Source of the DNA: Anaerohalosphaeraceae bacterium
GTDB taxonomy: Bacteria; Planctomycetota; Phycisphaerae; Sedimentisphaerales; Anaerohalosphaeraceae
NCBI GenBank assembly: GCA_963675525.2
Contig: CAXXSL010000019.1
Coordinates: 1-64,000 of the forward strand
DNA: 64,000 bases
Direction: 5' to 3'
Shown piece after piece: positions 56,591-64,000 of this stretch (its first letter is position 1; each line of letters starts with the position of its first letter). The position numbers and the translations under genes are program-made. The notes under the pieces are model-generated. The model worked only from the letters and a program-made list of their open reading frames with translations. It searched no databases and had not been told where the DNA came from.

Positions 56591-58669
56591 ATGAGAAAAA
56601 TAGTTTGCATTTTAATATGCTTAAGTATGGCTTCGATGGTATCCGCGCTGTCGATTACCAATGGTGACTTTGAAGCCCTATCAATCCGCGAGGATGTTCC
56701 GGACTGGTTCGAATCAAGTAGTACCTGGATACGGTTGCGTTATAGCCCAAACGACACGCGGTATATGAGGCTTGCTGACGACGACGATTGGGCCTATCAG
56801 AGTATCGGCGTCAATACGGGATTGCCTGCATTACAGATTCAGTATGAGATCGGATCCGTGGAGGATGTACCTGATGCGCCTGCGCTTGATCTGGTCATGA
56901 GCGTTTCGATCTATGAATCTGACGGCTCATTTGAAGGCCGAGATGGCAGGAATATTAACGGGGCTGCAGGTGTTACACTGATTGATTCCGTTGAAGTTTC
57001 ATATCCTGCGATGGCTGCAGGTGAATACATAACAGACTCTGTTACACTTCAATATTTAGACTCGGCCAGCGGTGAACTGTTTTTACGTTTCGAAAATATC
57101 GGTGACGGTGACGATGAAACGGATGACCGTTTCTCGATTGATAATGTTCAGATCGTTGGACTGGTACCGAGCGTTGTCAATCCGCTTCCGAAAGACGGTA
57201 CTGAGGGTGTAGCGATTGAGCTCACTTCAGCTGAGAATGACTTGGTTTTCACCGTTGTTGATGATGATATTGTTGAAATCGACGTTCTGCTTGCCCCCGG
57301 CGATCCCAACCTGCTTACTGTTCCGGCGAATAAGATCGTTGACGGCATGTCTGTTTCGTCAGGCAATCAATATACGATCACGCTTGAGACCGAATTGGCT
57401 GCAGACCTTGCATGGAGTACAGAATATTTCTGGCAAGTTCTTGCTTATGAGCCGAATGGTTTGGAGCTTTCGCTTAAATACGCAAGTCCAATCTCGAGTT
57501 ACACAACCATACAGGAAGGTCCCTTACTCGGTGATGTTGATCCCGGCAAACTATATGTCCACCCCGGGGAAGATGCTGAATTCACTTTGACCATGAGCTC
57601 GAAAGCGGATACTTTCCAGTGGTACAAAGAAGGCGTTGGTGCACTGTCTAACGGCGCTGATTATGCCGGCGTCGATACTGATACGCTGACTGTTCTTGAT
57701 GCCCAGCTGGCCGATGAAGGATTGTACTATTGTGTCGGGACGGAAACTTCGTCCGGGCTCACTGATCAGAGCGGAACCAGCGGCGAATTGAAAATTAAAT
57801 TATTAATGACTCACTATACGTTTGAGACCACCTATGAAGACAGCGGTAAAACTTATACCCCGGATATCATAAGCGGTAAAGATATGGAATTGAAGTATGG
57901 GGCAAGCTTGTCTGATGTAAATTCAATCATTGGCAACAACCTGTGGCTTGATAACCCTGTAGGTAACGCTTATGCGCAGATCGCAGATAACACTGTGGCT
58001 GATTATGACGATATTACCATTAGCTTCTGGTGTTATGCGACAACCCTTGTTAACAGTACCGATGGAGATCGATGGGCCCGAATCTTTGACTTTGGTAAAG
58101 ATGCTTCGGAGTATATTTTCTTTACGATGCTTTATCGACAGGACGATGCTCGCCAAGGCGGAAAGGATGTGGCGCGTTGTGAGATGAGATATTATGATGA
58201 AAACAACGCAGAACAAAATCCAGAGCTCGATGTCGAAAGTGATGAAATCGCTGCCGGAAAGTGGTATTTTATAGCGATAACCATCGAAGCTGATGAAGAT
58301 GGTTCAGGTGGTTCTGGACGTATATATCTTAGCGGTGAACACGGCACAGAGGGCGAATCGCCCCAGAGGTTAAATTTACCCAAACTGACGGAAATAACTA
58401 AGACAATCCATTACATCGGCAAAAACATCGGGTTTTCTGCCCCGCTCTTTAACGGCCGGATCGATGATTTCAAGATTTATAACTATGTCAGAACAAGCGC
58501 GGAAATTGCTCAGGATTATACTGATGTAACGGGTGATGAATCTCTTTGCGATATGGAGGTCTATGATTTGTGGGACTATGACTACGATAGTAATTGTCAG
58601 GTAGGTCTTAGCGATTTTATGGTGATTGCTGAAAAATGGATGGCTAGTTACCGAGTTTTCCCTGACTAA
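56591..58669 (+). CDS. Secreted non-catalytic Ig/LamG protein with dockerin-like tail (paralog 2)
   Basis: Same architecture; DYDSNCQVGLSDFMVIAEKWM. Confidence 0.8.
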   Translation: MRKIVCILICLSMASMVSALSITNGDFEALSIREDVPDWFESSSTWIRLRYSPNDTRYMRLADDDDWAYQSIGVNTGLPALQIQYEIGSVEDVPDAPALDLVMSVSIYESDGSFEGRDGRNINGAAGVTLIDSVEVSYPAMAAGEYITDSVTLQYLDSASGELFLRFENIGDGDDETDDRFSIDNVQIVGLVPSVVNPLPKDGTEGVAIELTSAENDLVFTVVDDDIVEIDVLLAPGDPNLLTVPANKIVDGMSVSSGNQYTITLETELAADLAWSTEYFWQVLAYEPNGLELSLKYASPISSYTTIQEGPLLGDVDPGKLYVHPGEDAEFTLTMSSKADTFQWYKEGVGALSNGADYAGVDTDTLTVLDAQLADEGLYYCVGTETSSGLTDQSGTSGELKIKLLMTHYTFETTYEDSGKTYTPDIISGKDMELKYGASLSDVNSIIGNNLWLDNPVGNAYAQIADNTVADYDDITISFWCYATTLVNSTDGDRWARIFDFGKDASEYIFFTMLYRQDDARQGGKDVARCEMRYYDENNAEQNPELDVESDEIAAGKWYFIAITIEADEDGSGGSGRIYLSGEHGTEGESPQRLNLPKLTEITKTIHYIGKNIGFSAPLFNGRIDDFKIYNYVRTSAEIAQDYTDVTGDESLCDMEVYDLWDYDYDSNCQVGLSDFMVIAEKWMASYRVFPD

Positions 58670-58695
58670 GCACATGATGTGATTTTGTTTAGAGC

Positions 58696-58735
58696 GTGGA
58701 GGGTTCCTGTCTCAGGAACTCTCCACTTTTTTTTT
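58696..58735 (+). terminator. Intrinsic terminator
   Basis: GTGGAGGGTTCCTG-TCT-CAGGAACTCTCCAC followed by T9. Confidence 0.85.
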
Positions 58736-58737
58736 GC

Positions 58738-58766
58738 TTGAAAGTAATGAAATCCTGGGTTACCCT
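58738..58766 (+). promoter_or_regulatory. Putative promoter of the catabolic operon
   Basis: TTGAAA-17 nt-TACCCT directly after the terminator. Confidence 0.4.
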
Positions 58767-58781
58767 TATGTCCATTGTTAA

Positions 58782-59945
58782 ATGGAATTGAGTGCAATGG
58801 AAAGAATACTAATTTTACGTCAACCACAGAAATTGGTTTTCGGTAATGGCTGCAGTGAACAGGTCATCGAGGATTTTACCGGGCTTGGCTGCAACCGGGT
58901 GCTGATCGTGACATCCGATCCTATATTGCCCCTTGTTAAGCCTCTATCTGATCAATTAAAAAACAATGGGATTGCTGTTACGGTATGGGATGCAGGTGAC
59001 CGTGAGCCGACAATGGAGATGTTGGAGGCCGGATTAGAGACCTGCCGAAATATCCGGGCGGATGCCGTTATTGGATTTGGAGGGGGCAGCGTTCTTGACC
59101 TGGCAAAACTCATTGCAGCCCTGTGTGATGGCGAGCAGAATGTGACAGATGTTTTCGGAATTGACAAACTAACGGGGCGAAACACATACCTTGCCTGTTT
59201 GCCCACAACCGCAGGGACAGGCAGCGAGGTTTCACCCAATGCGATCCTTTTTGATCCTTCGGACCAATTAAAAAAAGGTGTCGTAAGTCAATACCTTGTG
59301 GCTGATGCAGCGTACGTTGATCCTTTGCTGACCCGGACGGTTCCTGCAACTGTGACAGCGGCCACTGGAATGGATGCACTTGTTCATTGTATCGAAGCCT
59401 ATGCGAACCGGTTTGCTCATGTTATCATAGATCATTATGCGCTGGAAGGCATCCGGTTGATCACAGCCAATCTAAAAAAAGCATACGAAAACGGCCTGGA
59501 CATTGAGGCCAGAGCGAATCTTGCCCTGGGCAGTATGTATGGCGGACTTTGTCTGGGGCCTGTTAATACCGGGGCAGTACACGCATTAGCGTATCCCCTG
59601 GGGGGGAAATATCATATTCCTCATGGTGTATCGAATGCAGTGCTCTTACGGCACGTCATGAATTATAATATGCAGGCAGATCCGGATAGGTATGCCGCAA
59701 TTGCCAAAGCGCTTGGTGCAGAAAACCGAAGAGATGAAATGGAAACGGCTCAACGCGGATTGGAGATTGTCTGCGAGTTGTCAGATCAGTGTGGAATACC
59801 TTCGAAGATCTCAGAGTTGAGTATTCCCTATGACGACCTTGAGGAAATGGCCGAATCTGCGATGACGGTTACAAGACTTTTGAAAAATAATCTTCGTAAG
59901 ATTACTTATAAGGATGCGTTATCAATTTACAGGAGTGCGTGGTAG
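58782..59945 (+). CDS. Iron-containing alcohol dehydrogenase family oxidoreductase
   Basis: GFGGGSVLDLAK, PTTAGTGSE, GMDALVHCIE, VHALAYPLG, HIPHG; start 58782 or 58797. Confidence 0.93.
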   Translation: MELSAMERILILRQPQKLVFGNGCSEQVIEDFTGLGCNRVLIVTSDPILPLVKPLSDQLKNNGIAVTVWDAGDREPTMEMLEAGLETCRNIRADAVIGFGGGSVLDLAKLIAALCDGEQNVTDVFGIDKLTGRNTYLACLPTTAGTGSEVSPNAILFDPSDQLKKGVVSQYLVADAAYVDPLLTRTVPATVTAATGMDALVHCIEAYANRFAHVIIDHYALEGIRLITANLKKAYENGLDIEARANLALGSMYGGLCLGPVNTGAVHALAYPLGGKYHIPHGVSNAVLLRHVMNYNMQADPDRYAAIAKALGAENRRDEMETAQRGLEIVCELSDQCGIPSKISELSIPYDDLEEMAESAMTVTRLLKNNLRKITYKDALSIYRSAW

Positions 59946-59946
59946 T

Positions 59947-60855
59947 ATGTCTAATGGTATAAAATGTCAGGGCGTGATAGTTCCAATGGCAACCCCCTTT
60001 ACCGGAGAAGGACACATCGATCCGGAAAGTGTTCGCCGAATTATCGATCATCTAATTACCGGTGGTGTGGACGGTGTTTTTGTCATTGGAACAACCGGGG
60101 AGTCTGCTTCGATATCGATGACTGAGAAACAAAGGCTGGTTGAAGCCGCTGCTGGTTCTACGAACAACAGGGCTCTTGTTTATGCGGGGATATCGAGTAA
60201 CTGTCTTGACGAATCCATTGCAATGGCCAAAAGCTACATAGACCTCGGGGCTGATATTTTGGTGGCTCATGTACCGTATTATTATTCACTCAATGACAAT
60301 GAGATTTTCAGGTATTTCATGACATTGGCAGACCGTATTACGGGCTCTTTGATGATCTATAATATTCCCATGACAACGGGGATCTCACTTTCCATTGACC
60401 TTGCAGAAAAACTGAGCCATCATGAACGGATTGTTGGTTTGAAGGATTCCGAGAACACTCCCGGGCGACTGGAAGCAGCGATTGAAAGATTTTCCGGCCG
60501 AAGTGATTTTGCTTACGTTGTCGGCTGCGCGGCGCTTTCGGCAAAGGCAATCGCTCTTGGAGCCGCGGGAATTGTACCCAGTTCTGCGAATCTACATCCC
60601 CGACCTTGGAAACGTCTTTATGAAAATGCTCGTGACGGCCATGCATCCGCAGCGAAGGAACTCCAGGAACAAACCGATCAGATTTCAGTGATACTTCAAA
60701 AAAACAGGTCATTGGGCCAGTCCTTAGCCGCTTTAAAGGCTGCAATGCATCTTCTTGGATTGTGTGAGCCAACGGTTTTAGCGCCTCTTGAAACACTTCA
60801 ACAAGAGGAGATTGCAGAGATACAAAAACAAATGGCAACGATAATTATTTCTTAA
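59947..60855 (+). CDS. DHDPS/NAL-family class I aldolase (2-keto-3-deoxy acid aldolase-like)
   Basis: PMATPF, GTTGE, IYNIP, GLKDS Schiff-base lysine; YNIP is followed by MTTG rather than the GRTG of true DapA. Confidence 0.9.
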   Translation: MSNGIKCQGVIVPMATPFTGEGHIDPESVRRIIDHLITGGVDGVFVIGTTGESASISMTEKQRLVEAAAGSTNNRALVYAGISSNCLDESIAMAKSYIDLGADILVAHVPYYYSLNDNEIFRYFMTLADRITGSLMIYNIPMTTGISLSIDLAEKLSHHERIVGLKDSENTPGRLEAAIERFSGRSDFAYVVGCAALSAKAIALGAAGIVPSSANLHPRPWKRLYENARDGHASAAKELQEQTDQISVILQKNRSLGQSLAALKAAMHLLGLCEPTVLAPLETLQQEEIAEIQKQMATIIIS

Positions 60856-60888
60856 AACATTCATGAATGATCCAAAGGAACACGGAAT

Positions 60889-61914
60889 ATGACCGAATCA
60901 AGACCGATTCTTGGAATAACGATGGGAGATCCTGCAGGTATCGGTCCGGAAATAGCGGCCAAAGCACTTGCCAATAAAAAAGTGTATGAAATTGCAAAAC
61001 CGATTATTGTGGGGGATGCAAAAGTAATTGCCAAGGCTGCTGATATTGCAAAAGTCAATCTAAAGGTACGTGCGGTTTCGCAGGTCAGCGAATCACTATT
61101 CGAACACGGCGTCGTGGATGTCCTGGATTTGAAAAATGTTAATATTGGAACGTTAGAGTATGGGAAAGTTTCGTCGATGGCTGGAAAGGCTGCTTTTGAG
61201 GCCATCGAAAAAGTCATTAAGCTTGCGATGGATAGCCGGATCGATGCGACGGTGACCGGACCGATCAACAAGGAATCCTTGAATCTGGCGGGATACCACT
61301 ATTCCGGCCATACGGAAATATTTGCTGAATATACGAAGACAAAAGAGTATACCATGCTTCTTGTTGATGGGAACATGCGGGTCGTGCATGTTTCGACGCA
61401 CGTTTCATTAAAACGAGCATGCGAGCTTGTTAAGAAAGAAAGAATTCTTGAGGTGATTCAATTAGCGAATGATGTATGTAAGCGATTGGGTATCGTGAAC
61501 CCTGCAATCGGTGTGGCGGGTTTAAATCCGCATTCCAGTGAAGGAGGATTGTTTGGAGATGAGGAGGAAAAAGAAATCATTCCGGCCATCGAAACGGCTC
61601 AGTCTCTTGGGATCAATGCCGAGGGCCCTGTTCCGGCCGACACCTTGTTTTCAAAAGTAAAGGGGGGAATGTATGATATTGCTGTGGCGATGTATCATGA
61701 TCAGGGACATATTCCTATCAAGGTAACAGGTTTTGTTTTTAATAATCAGTCGCAGAAGTGGGAATCGGTCAAAGGGGTCAATATTACGCTGGGGCTGCCG
61801 ATTATTCGAACATCCGTAGACCATGGCACCGCTTTCGACCAGGCGGGCAAGGGAACTGCTAACGAGGAAAGTTTGATCCATGCGATCGAATATGCCGTTA
61901 AACTTGCATCATAA
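60889..61914 (+). CDS. pdxA: PdxA-family dehydrogenase, probably PdxA2 (threonate/erythronate 4-phosphate dehydrogenase)
   Basis: TMGDPAGIGPE, GHTE, GLNPH, AMYHDQG, RTSVDHGTAFD; adjacent to a DUF1537 kinase. Confidence 0.92.
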   Translation: MTESRPILGITMGDPAGIGPEIAAKALANKKVYEIAKPIIVGDAKVIAKAADIAKVNLKVRAVSQVSESLFEHGVVDVLDLKNVNIGTLEYGKVSSMAGKAAFEAIEKVIKLAMDSRIDATVTGPINKESLNLAGYHYSGHTEIFAEYTKTKEYTMLLVDGNMRVVHVSTHVSLKRACELVKKERILEVIQLANDVCKRLGIVNPAIGVAGLNPHSSEGGLFGDEEEKEIIPAIETAQSLGINAEGPVPADTLFSKVKGGMYDIAVAMYHDQGHIPIKVTGFVFNNQSQKWESVKGVNITLGLPIIRTSVDHGTAFDQAGKGTANEESLIHAIEYAVKLAS

Positions 61915-61932
61915 TACTATTTGGGATGCTTT

Positions 61933-63120
61933 ATGATCGTGGTAATTGCTGATGATTTGACGGGGGCCGGAGAGATCGGAGGAATTGGTCTGGCTTATGG
62001 TTTGAAGGTGGAGCTTCAGCGGCAATTTTGCCCGGACAGTGATGCCCAATTATTGGTTATTGACACAGATACCCGGTCTTTACCGCCTCAAGAGGCGCAG
62101 CAGGTGATACGAAGTATTGCTCGGCGATTGAATGAATCGAACCTGCCGATTGAATGGATATACAAAAAGACAGACTCGGTTCTTCGCGGACCGGTTGCCA
62201 GTGAATTGGAAGCATTACAGGAAGTTATGAGTGTTGCGAGAGTTTTACTGGTTCCGGCGAATCCCTCTAAAGGCAGGATTATACATGACGGAAATTATCT
62301 CATTAATGGGAAGCTGCTGAGTGAAACAGAGTTTGCTAATGACCCTGAATATCCTGCAAGAACTTCGAACGTTCTTGAATTGACGGCGTCGTCCGGTTCA
62401 GGTCAAATACATTTACTGAGAAGTGACCAGGTCTTTTCCTGCAAAGGACTCATATTAGGACAAGCCGAAACAACGGATGACCTTTTGCGGTGGTCAGAAC
62501 GGATGGACGAGCAAACAATTATGGCTGGGGGCGGGGAATTTTTTGAAGCCATTCTCAAGAACAAAGGATTTTTCAAAAAAACAATCGCTGCCCAAGAAGA
62601 ATACTCTAACAAAAAAGTATTGTTTGTCTGCGGCAGCAGTTCGGATTCCAGCCGTCAAGCCTTACAAGAAGCGGAGGGTTTTGGGGTGAGAATTTGCAGA
62701 ATGCCGGAATCGCTTTTTAGATCGGCGCATTCCGGGGATAAAGGTTTCCAGCAGTGGAGCAATGAGACAACCGGAAGTTTTGAAAATAATCACAGTGTTA
62801 TAATGGCAATCGATCGTGAGGTTGTAGGAAATGCCGAATTTGCCGGTAAACTACGCAGCATCATGGCAAAGACGGTGCTGGCTGTGCTCCGGAAAATTCC
62901 TCTGAAAGAACTATTTGTGGAAGGAGGCGCAACCGCTTCGGAGATTGTCGGACGCTTGGGATGGAGCCGTTTTGAAGCATGTAATCAACTGGGGGCGGGC
63001 GTCGTTAGAATGAAAGTTTTACAGAGTAACGATATTTGTCTGACAGTCAAGCCGGGCAGCTATCCTTGGCCTGAACAAATTCGAAATATTTTTCTGAAAG
63101 GGATATCCCATGCTGACTGA
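61933..63120 (+). CDS. Four-carbon acid sugar kinase (DUF1537 / DtnK-like)
   Basis: VIADDLTGA, DTDTR, YKKTDSVLRG, EGGATA, KPGS. Confidence 0.92.
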   Translation: MIVVIADDLTGAGEIGGIGLAYGLKVELQRQFCPDSDAQLLVIDTDTRSLPPQEAQQVIRSIARRLNESNLPIEWIYKKTDSVLRGPVASELEALQEVMSVARVLLVPANPSKGRIIHDGNYLINGKLLSETEFANDPEYPARTSNVLELTASSGSGQIHLLRSDQVFSCKGLILGQAETTDDLLRWSERMDEQTIMAGGGEFFEAILKNKGFFKKTIAAQEEYSNKKVLFVCGSSSDSSRQALQEAEGFGVRICRMPESLFRSAHSGDKGFQQWSNETTGSFENNHSVIMAIDREVVGNAEFAGKLRSIMAKTVLAVLRKIPLKELFVEGGATASEIVGRLGWSRFEACNQLGAGVVRMKVLQSNDICLTVKPGSYPWPEQIRNIFLKGISHAD

Positions 63121-64000
63121 TACACTTCATTGGATCGATTGGACCATCATCGCCTTATACGTAGGTTTGATTGCTTATCTCGGTAAACGTTTCTCTGAAA
63201 GCAGCAAATCAACAGGCGGTTACTTTGTCGGCAGTCGATCCATTCCGGCCTGGGCAATCGGCATGTCCGTTCTGGCGACGCTCATCAGCAGCGTGACCTT
63301 TTTGGCCTATCCCGGCGAGGGATTCAGCGGCAATTGGATTCGCTTGGTGCAGGGATTGGCGGTACCGATAACGTTACTGGCCGTCGTCTGGTTTATCGTG
63401 CCCCTCTATCGCAAGTTTATTGGTCTCAGCGCTTATGAATACTTCGAAAAGCGATTTGGCTTTTTTGCCCGGTTGTACAGTTCCGTGGGATTTATCATGA
63501 TGCACTTTACGAAGATGGGAACCGTTTTCTATCTTCTCGCCCTGGCGCTGGCCTCGATGACCGGACAGAACACCTATCATATCGTTTTGATTGTTGGCGT
63601 TATCACGATTCTTTATACGTGGGCCGGAGGAATCGAAGGCGTTATATGGATGGATGTGATACAGGGATTTATCCTTATCGCAGGGGGGCTTGTCAGTTGT
63701 TTCATTTTGCTGCTGAGTTCAGCGCAAGGGCCTTCCCAAATGCTTCAAATGGCCTGGGAAAACGGCAAGATGAACATCGGCGACTTCAGTTGGGACCTCA
63801 CAAGGCTGACGTTTTTCGTCATGTTTATAAACGGGGTATTCTACGCAATTCAAAAGTACGGCACCGACCAGACCATCGTGCAGCGGTTTCTGGTTGCCGG
63901 AACCGACAAGAAAGCCATCAAGGCGGCCCTGATGGGAACTATTTTGTGTGTACCGGTATGGACGCTGTTTATTTTTATCGGCACATTACTATGGGCATAC
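63110..64000 (+). CDS. Sodium:solute symporter family transporter (truncated by window end; not in the ORF track)
   Basis: Manual translation MLTDTLHWIDWTIIALYVGL...GYFVGSRSIPAWAIGMSVLATLISSVTFLAYPG...SAYEYFEKRFG...GGIEGVIWMDVIQG...GTDQTIVQRFL. Confidence 0.92.
   Translation, partial: MLTDTLHWIDWTIIALYVGLIAYLGKRFSESSKSTGGYFVGSRSIPAWAIGMSVLATLISSVTFLAYPGEGFSGNWIRLVQGLAVPITLLAVVWFIVPLYRKFIGLSAYEYFEKRFGFFARLYSSVGFIMMHFTKMGTVFYLLALALASMTGQNTYHIVLIVGVITILYTWAGGIEGVIWMDVIQGFILIAGGLVSCFILLLSSAQGPSQMLQMAWENGKMNIGDFSWDLTRLTFFVMFINGVFYAIQKYGTDQTIVQRFLVAGTDKKAIKAALMGTILCVPVWTLFIFIGTLLWAY

Noticed and set aside
60885..60893. Fifth GAATATGAC
   Set aside because: Overlaps the pdxA start codon and lacks the TTTC and the -10 at +44; likely chance
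59947..61914. dapA (lysine synthesis) and pdxA (vitamin B6 synthesis) as housekeeping genes
   Set aside because: Context with a DUF1537 kinase, Fe-ADH and sugar symporter, and loss of the DapA YNxPGRT arginine, indicate catabolic paralogs

Overview
Bacterial chromosomal window, most likely Planctomycetota (inference: class Phycisphaerae, Sedimentisphaerales-like, from the many Cys-containing dockerin-like 'DLxGDCxVxLxDF...WL' tails, the LamG and PEP-CTERM proteins, and the absence of rpmD). 1-5 kb: a small lipoprotein, a mosaic of short repeats, a TolB-like propeller and a HEAT-repeat protein. 5.2-38.8 kb: the core translation/transcription supercluster (tRNA-Thr, tuf, rpmG, tRNA-Trp, secE, nusG, rplKAJL, rpoBC, rpsLG, fusA, S10-spc-alpha operons, HIT, tRNA-fMet). 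rpoB and rplO each carry a 1-bp frameshift, probably assembly errors. uL22 carries an N-terminal XRE/Cro-like helix-turn-helix extension. 39-64 kb: a pectin-utilisation locus with three modular PL1 lyases, a modular GH95, a DUF3826-like protein, a PEP-CTERM protein, two paralogous Ig/LamG proteins, and a catabolic operon (Fe-ADH, DHDPS-family aldolase, PdxA2, DUF1537 kinase, Na+/solute symporter). Main leads: (1) that operon fits a predicted pathway for the RG-II sugar Dha via D-threonate; (2) four copies of a promoter module with GAATATGAC exactly 44 nt upstream of an extended -10; (3) the HTH-uL22 fusion; (4) a shared dockerin-like/CBM cassette on the secreted enzymes, suggesting a surface multi-enzyme assembly. 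All family assignments come from motif recognition by eye; no searches were run.
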